From Spirochaetales bacterium (GTDB taxonomy: Bacteria; Spirochaetota; Spirochaetia; SZUA-6; RPPD01): 24,641 nucleotides of DNA. The translations under genes and the position numbers were made by a program. Shown one piece after another: positions 16,147 through 23,405 of this stretch. The stretch covers positions 1-24,641 of the forward strand of contig JAFGSW010000052.1 in the NCBI GenBank assembly GCA_016934415.1. The letters run 5' to 3'. The notes under the pieces were generated by a model. That model saw only the letters and a list, made by a program, of their open reading frames with translations. It was not told where the DNA came from and did no database searches. Numbering within the stretch: the first letter of the stretch is position 1; every line of letters begins with the position of its first letter.

Positions 16147-16551
16147 TTGCCGACGCACATGCGAGCGTTGAACACTTCGGCTTTTCCGGCTGCATCGACC
16201 CATGCCGAAAGACTCGCGAGGCGTGGTTTTCCGCCGGATGGGTTTCCGCGCAGCCTCCCGCGGGCGACGGCGCCGGATGAAATCCTCGCGTCCCTCGGCA
16301 TGCCCATTGAATGCATCGTCAACGTGGCCGTTCCGGACGAGAAGATCCGCGTTCGTCTCGACCGCCGAACGAAAATAGAGGGGCGCAAGAACGCCAGTGA
16401 TCAGGCGGTCATTCAGAATCGGATCGACGCCTATACATCGAAGAGTGAGCCGTGCCTGGCCTATTGCCAAAAAACCGGCCTGGTACGGAACATCAGCGGG
16501 CTCGGTACAATCGAGGATGTCTTCTTCCGCATCCAGTCCGAGCACGCCTGA
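16147..16551 (+). pseudogene. adk: Truncated adenylate kinase (C-terminal CORE half only; P-loop and NMP-binding region absent)
   Basis: The segment DGFPRSLPRATAPDEILASLGMPIECIVNVAVPDEKIRVRLDRR...DQAVIQNRIDAYTSKSEPCLAYCQKTGLVRNISGLGTIEDVF matches the adenylate kinase pattern DGFPRT..QA..L.....I..VI.LDVPDE.L..R...R..DD.EE.I..RL..Y...T.PL..YY...G.L..IDG...I..VF (short-LID type). There is no GxPGxGKGT. Only 64 bp separate it from the divergent lipoprotein gene, so no N-terminal exon can exist. Start is a TTG, or the ATG at 16159. Confidence 0.6.
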
Positions 16552-16604
16552 AGGCCGTTGCTTGACAGAAATCCATGATCGGCGTTATTAATCTATCTCC
16601 TACC

Positions 16605-16678
16605 GGGCCCATAGCTCAGTCGGTTAGAGCGGCTGACTCATAATCAGTAGGTCCCTGGTTCAAGTCCAGGTGGGCCCA
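16605..16678 (+). tRNA. tRNA-Met (anticodon CAT), elongator type (or tRNA-Ile2 if lysidinylated); CCA not encoded
   Basis: Hand-folded cloverleaf: acceptor GGGCCCA/TGGGCCC, D-arm GCTC-AGTCGGTTA-GAGC, anticodon stem GCTGA/TCAGT with loop CTCATAA, T-arm CCTGG-TTCAAGT-CCAGG, discriminator A. The G1:C72 pair argues against an initiator. Confidence 0.85.
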
Positions 16679-16708
16679 AAAATCCTGCCGTTTTCGGCAG
16701 GATTTTTT
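16679..16708 (+). terminator. Rho-independent terminator immediately after the tRNA
   Basis: Hairpin AAAATCCTGCCG-tttt-CGGCAGGAT followed by TTTTTT. Confidence 0.6.
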
Positions 16709-16830
16709 ACATTGGTGGGACTTGAACCGAGCGAGCGCCGACCGAAGGGAGGAGGAGCGCGCATGGATGCGCGCGGAAGCGAGTGAGGCGGCCTTTTAGC
16801 CGGCTCCAGGATGGAGACGGCTAAAAGGCA

Positions 16831-16906
16831 AGTCCAGGTGGGCCCAAAAAATCCTGCCGAGAAGAGGCGGGATTTTTTTTATTTTGGGGGGACTTGAAGC
16901 CGAGCG
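16831..16906 (+). repeat. Direct repeat of the tRNA 3' end plus terminator unit (second, decayed copy)
   Basis: caagtccaggtgggcccaaaaaatcctgcc...ggcgggattttttttt...ggggggacttgaagccgagcg parallels 16661–16736 (caagtccaggtgggcccaaaaatcctgccg...cggcaggatttttt...ggtgggacttgaaccgagcg). Confidence 0.55.
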
Positions 16907-16913
16907 TGCTCTG

Positions 16914-16950
16914 AAAAAAAGAGGCCGCCCGTTCAGGACAGCCTCTTTTA
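16914..16950 (-). terminator. Rho-independent terminator for hsp20 (minus strand)
   Basis: On the minus strand: GAGGCUGUCC-ugaac-GGGCGGCCUC followed by UUUUUUUU. It shares the GGACAGCCTC arm with the terminator at 14983–15007. Confidence 0.55.
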
Positions 16951-16967
16951 CATCGTGTGTCCGGTCT

Positions 16968-17399
16968 TTAAGCTCCTTTGATTTCGATCTTTTTCGGTTG
17001 GGCTTCCGGTTTCTTGGCGAGGGTGAGGATGAGCACGCCGTTTTTAAACTGAGCGTCAATATGCTCCCTATTCACGTCCTCGGGAAGCGCAAAGCTCCTT
17101 GCGAACGAATAATCCCGCCGCTCACGCACCAGATAACCATTCTTTTTTTCCTCTTTCTCTTCCTTTCTGGCTGAGGAAATGGTTAAAAGATTGTGCTCGA
17201 TACGTACTTCGATATCTTTCTCGGACAACCCTGGGAGATCGGCTTCAAGCACGTAGCCGTCCTTCTCCTCACGCACGTCAACCTTGGGATAATTTCTCTC
17301 AAAGCCCCAAAAAGTGCCATCCGGCAGGTCATCGAATAGTCTGTCGATTTCCATGTCCAGGAGACCGGTTGTCAACGGCTGATATTTTACCAGGTTCAT
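16968..17399 (-). CDS. Small heat-shock protein, Hsp20/alpha-crystallin family
   Basis: ATG (revcomp) at 17399 has GGAGG 8 nt upstream. The alpha-crystallin domain is PKVDVREEKDGYVLEADLPGLSEKDIEVRIEHNLLTISSAR...FALPEDVNREHIDAQFKNGVLILTLAK. The ORF-track start at 17552 is rejected. Stop is TAA. Confidence 0.85.
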   Translation of the reverse strand: MNLVKYQPLTTGLLDMEIDRLFDDLPDGTFWGFERNYPKVDVREEKDGYVLEADLPGLSEKDIEVRIEHNLLTISSARKEEKEEKKNGYLVRERRDYSFARSFALPEDVNREHIDAQFKNGVLILTLAKKPEAQPKKIEIKGA

Positions 17400-17440
17400 A
17401 CTCTTACCTCCTTCGGTAAATTGTTTTACATACATATAAT

Positions 17441-17456
17441 TGCAATAGCTGTGCCA
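17441..17456 (-). promoter_or_regulatory. Sigma-54 (RpoN) -24/-12 promoter TGGCAC-N5-TTGCA upstream of hsp20
   Basis: The minus strand reads TTGGCACAGCTATTGCAATT, a perfect match to TGGCAC-N5-TTGCA. It lies about 45 nt upstream of the hsp20 ATG. An AT-rich region further upstream could hold enhancer sites. Confidence 0.55.
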
Positions 17457-17817
17457 AAAAGAAACTGGATTTGACCTAAATAATTCTTTATACAATAAAA
17501 AAATATTTTTTTCCAGATATATTAAGAATATTCTGCTTAGTGAAATTGTCATTATGATACACTGTGTAAAAATAGTTATATTATTGTATCATTAATATAC
17601 ATAGAAGTGGCTGTTTTATTTTAACGCGGGTCAATACACCAAAGATGATCAATAGATAGCCATCAGGAGCTCATGTATTCAGCTAATTCATGAAAGGGAA
17701 ATGTGTTAATTTGTTAGTTAGTATAGGAAAAAGTATTTACAGATCGCTATAGAAGCAATTTCGCAGCAATCTTGGGGGCAATGAGATAAATTTTTCTTCA
17801 AAAGAAAAATAATCTAC

Positions 17818-17846
17818 TTGACAAAAAAAAGAAATTATCTTAAATT
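17818..17846 (+). promoter_or_regulatory. Candidate sigma70-like promoter TTGACA-17-TAAATT for the gntR-led operon
   Basis: TTGACA lies at 17818–17823 and TAAATT at 17841–17846. The RBS GGAG and ATG at 17885 follow. Confidence 0.35.
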
Positions 17847-17884
17847 ATTAGTGTATTATTACATTAGTACAATTGGAGTGCCTA

Positions 17885-18301
17885 ATGTATGATATGTTGG
17901 AATTTACGCTTGATCCGAAAAGCGGAGTTCCGTTTTATAAGCAAATAATTCTTCAAATAGAAATGGCCATTGCCGACGGGCGCTTAAAGACCGGCGACCA
18001 GTTGCCGACCGTTCGTGGCCTGGCGGTCGATCTCTCGCTCAACCCTAATACAGTGGCCCGGGCCTACAGCGAACTCGAAATTCGCGGGATAGTGACCACG
18101 CAGCAGGGAAGCGGGACCTATATAAGCGACAAGCGTATCGAAATGTCGGACGTCGAACGGGAGAAGGTCCTGGCCGAAATGGTCCGCACGTTCGTCTCCA
18201 ATGCCTCGTCGTACGGTTTTTCCATAAAAGAGATAATCGAATATTTCAAAGAGATAGAGCGAACCCCGACGGCGGCGCTCAAGGAGGAGAGATCGCAATG
18301 A
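17885..18301 (+). CDS. GntR-family transcriptional regulator, YtrA-like short subfamily
   Basis: wHTH segment is YKQIILQIEMAIADGRLKTGDQLPTVRGLAVDLSLNPNTVARAYSELEIRGIVTTQQGSGTYI. The C-terminal domain is short (about 50 aa). The stop overlaps the next start (ATGA). A TTG at 17873 is an alternative start. Confidence 0.75.
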   Translation: MYDMLEFTLDPKSGVPFYKQIILQIEMAIADGRLKTGDQLPTVRGLAVDLSLNPNTVARAYSELEIRGIVTTQQGSGTYISDKRIEMSDVEREKVLAEMVRTFVSNASSYGFSIKEIIEYFKEIERTPTAALKEERSQ

Positions 18302-19401
18302 AAATCACCGAACAGGCGAAGAAATTCATTCATAATCTCCCTTCATTCCGATTCATCATCGACTTTAAATCGAATCCGCTTACTCTTTTTCTCAATGTCC
18401 TCTTTTTCATTGGTGGAGTCCTTGTAGAAATCGCCATATATCCGAAGGTTCCGATCTTTTACCTTCTCTGCATCGGTTTGGGCGCTCTCGTCGCCGCCGG
18501 CGCCATCGCCGTCCTACCCAAATGGACGACCTCCATCAAGGTGCTGGCCCTGGGGTGGCTCGCCGCTTACTTCCTGCTCGACACCACCTACGTCCCCGTA
18601 CTCGCCGTCACCTCCTTCGGCCTCCTCTTCTCAGCGTGCTTCCAGCTCGCAGACCATTGGGAACGAGCCATCATCCTCCGCTTCGGGAAGTTCTCGCGAA
18701 TCAAGGGCCCGGGATTTTTCCTCATCTGGCCCGTCATGGAGCGGATCGCCGATTACGTCGACACCCGCATCCGGTCCACCGATTTCTCCGCGGAAACCAC
18801 CCTCACCCACGATACCGTGCCGGTCAATGTCGACGCCATCGCCTTCTGGATGATCTGGGACTCGAAAAAGGCGATCCTCGAGCTCGAGAACTTTCTCGAC
18901 GCGGTCATCCTCTCCGCCCAGACCGCGCTCCGCGACGCGATCGGCAAGCACGACCTGGCCACGCTCCTTTCCGAGCGCGACCGCCTGGGACGCGAAATTC
19001 AGGAGATCCTCGAGGCCAAGACATCGCCCTGGGGCATCACCATCCTCTCCATCGAGATCCGGGAGATCATCATCCCCAAGGAGCTCGAGGACGCGATGAG
19101 CAAGCGCGCCCAGGCCGAGCGCGAACGCCAGTCGCGCGTCATTCTCGGCACCGCCGAGGCGGAAATCGCGGAGAAATTCGCGCAGGCCGCGGAACGCTAC
19201 AAGAACAACCCCACCGCGCTTCATTTGCGCGCCATGAACATGATCTATGAAGGACTGAAAAAGAACGGCTCCATCATGCTCGTTCCCTCGTCCGCATTGG
19301 AAACGATGTCGCTGGGGACCGTGCTGGGCGCGACCGCCCTGGAAAAAGCCGAAAAGGCCGAAACCGGCAAAGAAAAGGAGAATTCCGATGGTCAAGGTTA
19401 A
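18298..19401 (+). CDS. SPFH/band-7 (stomatin/prohibitin-like) protein with about 110-aa N-terminal polytopic membrane domain
   Basis: AAGGAGGAG RBS precedes the ATG. Four predicted TM helices come before the SPFH core (RAIILRFGKFSRIKGPGFFLIWPVMERIADYVDTRIRS...). A coiled-coil Ala/Glu-rich tail follows (AQAERERQSRVILGTAEAEIAEKFAQAAERYK). Confidence 0.8.
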   Translation: MKITEQAKKFIHNLPSFRFIIDFKSNPLTLFLNVLFFIGGVLVEIAIYPKVPIFYLLCIGLGALVAAGAIAVLPKWTTSIKVLALGWLAAYFLLDTTYVPVLAVTSFGLLFSACFQLADHWERAIILRFGKFSRIKGPGFFLIWPVMERIADYVDTRIRSTDFSAETTLTHDTVPVNVDAIAFWMIWDSKKAILELENFLDAVILSAQTALRDAIGKHDLATLLSERDRLGREIQEILEAKTSPWGITILSIEIREIIIPKELEDAMSKRAQAERERQSRVILGTAEAEIAEKFAQAAERYKNNPTALHLRAMNMIYEGLKKNGSIMLVPSSALETMSLGTVLGATALEKAEKAETGKEKENSDGQG

Positions 19402-20068
19402 TCACGTCGTCAAGAATTACACGATCGGCAAGCTCGAGGTGCACGCCCTGCGCGGGGTGGATCTCGAAATCAAGGACGGCGAGTTCATGTCGATCGCCGG
19501 CCCCTCCGGGTCGGGGAAAACCACGCTCTTGAATCTCATCGGCTGCCTCGACGCCTGCACGGGGGGGGACATCCTCATCGACGGCGAGTCAATCGGGGGC
19601 AAGAAGCGCGACGAGCGCGCCCTCCTGCGGCGGCGGAAGATCGGTTTCGTCTTCCAATCGTTCAACCTCATTCCGGTGCTCACCGCCTACGAGAACGTCG
19701 CCTTCGCCCTTTCCCTTTTGAAGACGGGGCCGGGCGAAACCAGGGAGCGGACGATGAAGATCCTCGAGGAGGTGGGGCTCACGGGGCTGGAGAAACGCTT
19801 TCCCAACGAGCTCTCGGGCGGGCAGCAGCAGCGGGTGGCCGTGGCCCGCGCCCTGGTGAAAAAGCCGACGCTCGTGCTGGCCGACGAGCCGACCGCCAAC
19901 CTCGATTCGGACACCGGCCGGGAGATCCTCAAGCTCATGGAAGACCTGAACCGGACGCACGGCACCACCTTCGTGTTCTCCACCCACGATCCCATGGTCA
20001 TGGACTTCGCTCACCGGCTCGTGTTGCTTCACGACGGGGCGATCGTGTCGGACAAGGCGAAAAAGTAA
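19388..20068 (+). CDS. ABC transporter ATP-binding protein, LolD/MacB/FtsE-like
   Basis: Walker A is GPSGSGKTT, the signature is LSGGQQQRVAVARAL, Walker B is LVLADEPTANLD, and the H-loop is STHD. It overlaps the upstream gene by 14 bp. Confidence 0.9.
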   Translation: MVKVNHVVKNYTIGKLEVHALRGVDLEIKDGEFMSIAGPSGSGKTTLLNLIGCLDACTGGDILIDGESIGGKKRDERALLRRRKIGFVFQSFNLIPVLTAYENVAFALSLLKTGPGETRERTMKILEEVGLTGLEKRFPNELSGGQQQRVAVARALVKKPTLVLADEPTANLDSDTGREILKLMEDLNRTHGTTFVFSTHDPMVMDFAHRLVLLHDGAIVSDKAKK

Positions 20069-20080
20069 AGGAGGCGAAGA

Positions 20081-21340
20081 ATGGGTTTCATCATCACCCT
20101 GGCGTTCAAGAACCTGTTCCGGTACCGCCGGCGGACGATCATCACCGCGATCGCCATCGCTACCGGGGTATCGATGTATATCTTCATCGACGGCTGGCTG
20201 CAGGGCGCCCAAGCCGAATCGGTCCGGAACCTTGTAAAATTCGAGACCGGCTCGGCGCGCGTCGTGAACACCACGTATTGGGAGCAGAAGGATTTCCTCC
20301 TGCCGAAATATGACATTCCCGACCCGGCGCCGGCCGAAGCCGCGCTCGAGAAGGCGGGCTATACCGTGGCGCCGCGCGTCACGATCTTCGCCGAGGCGTC
20401 CAAGACCGGCGGCGCGGGCGAGGCGTTCACGCTGCAGATCGCGGGCATCGACCCGGCGCGCGATGGGAAAATCTTCGACTTCGCCAACGCGCTGACGCCG
20501 AAAGGCGCCGTCTACCTCACCGCCGGCCGCTCGGAGATCATGCTCGGGAGCAATGCGGCCGACCGGCTCGGCGTCGTGCTCGACGACTCGGTGCGGCTCA
20601 CCACCCGCACCAGGGACGGCGTCTGGACGAGCCTCGAGACGCGCGTCGTCGCGATTCTCTCGACGCCCGATCCGATCGTCAACAACATCATGGGGTTCGT
20701 GCCGCTCGATGTGCTCCAAAACGCCCTGCAGATGGGGAATGGGGTCACCGACATCGTCATCGGCTTTCCCGAGTGGCTCGACCCGGACAAGGAAACGGCC
20801 GCCATCAACGCTCTCCTCGCCCCGCTGCCCGGCAGCTCCGACTACGTCGCCAAGAGCTTCAACGATCTCGCCCCCGAATTCGGCCAGATCGCCCAGTCGA
20901 AGAGCGGCGGCACGAAGATTATCCTTTTCCTCATCTTCATCATCGCCGCCATCGGCATCTCCAACACGGTGCTCATGGCGGTGTACGAGCGCGTCCGCGA
21001 AATCGGCATGATGCGCGCCTTGGGCATGAAGAACGGCGCGGTCATGTGGTGCTTCATCGTCGAGGCGTTCGGCATCGGCCTCGTCGGCGCGCTGTTCGGC
21101 GTCATACTCGGCGTGTTCGCCGAACTCTACATGGTGAACATCGGCATCGACCTCACCCCCATGCTCGAGAACATGGGCAATATCGGCTATCGGATTCTTG
21201 GGGTGTCAAAATCCCTATGGAATCCGGATACGATCGTTACCGCGGCGATCGTCAGCATCATTTTTTCCGGCATTATGGCCATTCTGCCCGCGCGCCGCGC
21301 CCTGAAAAAAGAAATCACCGAGTGCCTGCGCGTCAAATGA
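20081..21340 (+). CDS. ABC transporter permease, FtsX/LolC-E/MacB-type (4 TM with large periplasmic loop)
   Basis: AAAGGAGG RBS. TM1 is TIITAIAIATGVSMYIFI. A roughly 230-aa periplasmic domain is followed by three C-terminal TM helices with the conserved VYERVREIGMMRALGM motif. Confidence 0.85.
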   Translation: MGFIITLAFKNLFRYRRRTIITAIAIATGVSMYIFIDGWLQGAQAESVRNLVKFETGSARVVNTTYWEQKDFLLPKYDIPDPAPAEAALEKAGYTVAPRVTIFAEASKTGGAGEAFTLQIAGIDPARDGKIFDFANALTPKGAVYLTAGRSEIMLGSNAADRLGVVLDDSVRLTTRTRDGVWTSLETRVVAILSTPDPIVNNIMGFVPLDVLQNALQMGNGVTDIVIGFPEWLDPDKETAAINALLAPLPGSSDYVAKSFNDLAPEFGQIAQSKSGGTKIILFLIFIIAAIGISNTVLMAVYERVREIGMMRALGMKNGAVMWCFIVEAFGIGLVGALFGVILGVFAELYMVNIGIDLTPMLENMGNIGYRILGVSKSLWNPDTIVTAAIVSIIFSGIMAILPARRALKKEITECLRVK

Positions 21341-21374
21341 CGCGGGGATCGGGTGAAAGAAAAGGAGAGGACCG

Positions 21375-22637
21375 ATGAAAATCGCGAGTATCGCGTTACG
21401 CAATATTTTCAGGAACAAGTGGCGGAGTTTCCTCAGCCTGTCGGCCATCGCGCTGGTCACTTTCACCATCGTCTTCCTGTTCGCCATCATGGAGGGCATG
21501 AAACTCGACCAGCGGACCACGATGGCGAAATTCGCCACGGGCGACGCCCGGATCAGAAACGCGGGGTTTGAGAAATACCAGTTCATCGCCCCCGAGGAAT
21601 TCATGATTCCGGATTACGACAAGGCCATTGCCGCGCTCCGCGCCGATCCGGCGGTCGAGACGGCCGTAGGACGCTTTCAGTTCCCCGCCCAGGTGGCCGT
21701 GAAGTGGGAGGTGATTTTTGGGATGAATTGGCCCGGCGAGACGAACAGCACCCTGGCGACCGGCCTTGATTTCAGCGACGAAAAGAGTTTCTTTTCACTG
21801 GCGTCCTACCTCGTTCCCGGCGGCCGGCTTCCCGGCCAAGGAGAAATCCTCGTTTCCGGCGGCTTTGCCAAGAAATTCAACCTCAAGCCAGGCGATTCGT
21901 TGATATTATATTCGGGCGGCACCTGGGGGCAACAAGACGCAGTACTAAAGATTTCAGGCATCGTCGCTCTCCCGCTCGCCCAACTCAATGTAAATTCGAT
22001 ATACATGGCGCTGTCGGCGGCCCAGAACCTGCTCCTGCGCCAAGGCCAGGCCGAGGAAATTCTCATACGCTTCAAACCGGGCGTCGCGGTCGGCGATGCC
22101 GTGGCCGCCGTACGGACCGCGCTCGCGCGAAACGGATTCAAAGATCTGGACGTGAAGCCCTGGAACGAGATCGGCAATGCCGGCACCTTCATAGATCTTG
22201 CGTCGAAAATTTACTATTTCATGGCATTTTTCTTCTTCATCCTCGGCACGACGGTTATCATCAACACCACCATGATGGTGATCTACGAGCGCATGCGCGA
22301 GATCGGAACGCTGCGGGCCATGGGCATGACCGGCCCGGAGATGATCCGATTGTTTTTTATGGAAGCCTTTTTCATCGGCGCGGCCGCGGCCTTCGTCGGC
22401 GTCATTCTCGGTTCGGCGCTGATACTCCCCTTGAGCGTTTCCGGCGTCGACTTCGGGAAATTAATCGACCTGGGGAAAACCAATCTCGACATCTCCGACG
22501 TCATCTACCCGCAGCTCAATCTGGTGTCTACCCTATTCGTCTTCTTCTATTCGACGGCCGTGTCGTCGCTCATCTCCTTTATACCGACGCGCCGGGCGGC
22601 CAAGATCGAGCCGGTTGAGGCGCTTCGGTCGATATAA
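21375..22637 (+). CDS. ABC transporter permease, FtsX/LolC-E-type, second paralogue
   Basis: AAAGGAGAGG RBS. Same topology as the first permease, with the IYERMREIGTLRAMGM motif. The pair of distinct permeases resembles a LolC/LolE heterodimer. Confidence 0.85.
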   Translation: MKIASIALRNIFRNKWRSFLSLSAIALVTFTIVFLFAIMEGMKLDQRTTMAKFATGDARIRNAGFEKYQFIAPEEFMIPDYDKAIAALRADPAVETAVGRFQFPAQVAVKWEVIFGMNWPGETNSTLATGLDFSDEKSFFSLASYLVPGGRLPGQGEILVSGGFAKKFNLKPGDSLILYSGGTWGQQDAVLKISGIVALPLAQLNVNSIYMALSAAQNLLLRQGQAEEILIRFKPGVAVGDAVAAVRTALARNGFKDLDVKPWNEIGNAGTFIDLASKIYYFMAFFFFILGTTVIINTTMMVIYERMREIGTLRAMGMTGPEMIRLFFMEAFFIGAAAAFVGVILGSALILPLSVSGVDFGKLIDLGKTNLDISDVIYPQLNLVSTLFVFFYSTAVSSLISFIPTRRAAKIEPVEALRSI

Positions 22638-22661
22638 ATCGATTTTATTATGGAGGAATAT

Positions 22662-23405
22662 ATGACGATAAAAAGATCGATCTGGCTGGCGCTTCTCGTG
22701 GTATTGCCTGCGACGGTTTTCGCCCAAATGACGGCGGAGGAAGTCGTGCGGCGGTTGGAAAAAAACGAGGTGTACACGAGCTCCAAGAGCTCGGGAAAGC
22801 TTCTCATCACCAACCAATTCGGGACCAAGACGAAAACCTTTACCGCGGCCTCTCAGGGCGCCGAAAAGCTTCTCCTGGAGTTCACCAACAAGGAGGAACG
22901 GGGCCAGAAGATCCTGCGCCTGAACGACCAGATCTTCGTCTATTACCCGCGTTCCAACAGCGTGGTCAGCATGCAGGGCGGGGCGCTCAAGGACAGCATC
23001 TTCGGTTCGGACTTCACCTATGAGGACCTCACGGGCGAGAAGAGCATCCTCAACCTGTACAAGGTCGAATTCGCCCAACCGTCCACGGAAACGGTCGACG
23101 GCGTTCAGTGCTACCATTTAAGGCTCACGGGCATCACTTCCGTCGCCTATCCCTTCCAGGAGCTCTGGGTGGAGACCGCGCGTTTGGTCCGGCGCAAGGC
23201 CGTATTTTTCTCGCTCACCCGCGAGCCGCTCAAGGAAATGGAAGTAAAGGAGACGAAGGAAGTTTCCGGGAAGATCTTCCCCTCCCGTTTCGTCATCACC
23301 GATCTCATCAAGAAAAATTCCTCGACCGAGTTCGCGCTGGACTCGATCCAGATCAACCCGCGCCTCGACGCCCGCCAGTTTTCCCTGGAGAGGTTGAAAT
23401 TTTGA
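22662..23405 (+). CDS. Periplasmic LolA-like (outer-membrane lipoprotein-sorting/carrier-like) protein
   Basis: GGAGG RBS lies 6 nt before the ATG at 22662 (an alternative ATG is at 22650). Signal peptide is MTIKRSIWLALLVVLPATVFAQ. About 225 mature residues are predicted to be beta-rich. The family call is tentative and rests on size, the signal peptide and placement next to a Lol-like ABC. Confidence 0.45.
   Translation: MTIKRSIWLALLVVLPATVFAQMTAEEVVRRLEKNEVYTSSKSSGKLLITNQFGTKTKTFTAASQGAEKLLLEFTNKEERGQKILRLNDQIFVYYPRSNSVVSMQGGALKDSIFGSDFTYEDLTGEKSILNLYKVEFAQPSTETVDGVQCYHLRLTGITSVAYPFQELWVETARLVRRKAVFFSLTREPLKEMEVKETKEVSGKIFPSRFVITDLIKKNSSTEFALDSIQINPRLDARQFSLERLKF

Noticed and set aside
16709-16740. 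GGTGGGACTTGAACC looked like the 3' end (T-arm plus CCA) of a second tRNA on the minus strand
   Set aside because: No complementary T-stem, acceptor stem or anticodon arm can be built around it. It is kept only as part of the duplicated tRNA-end repeat unit.
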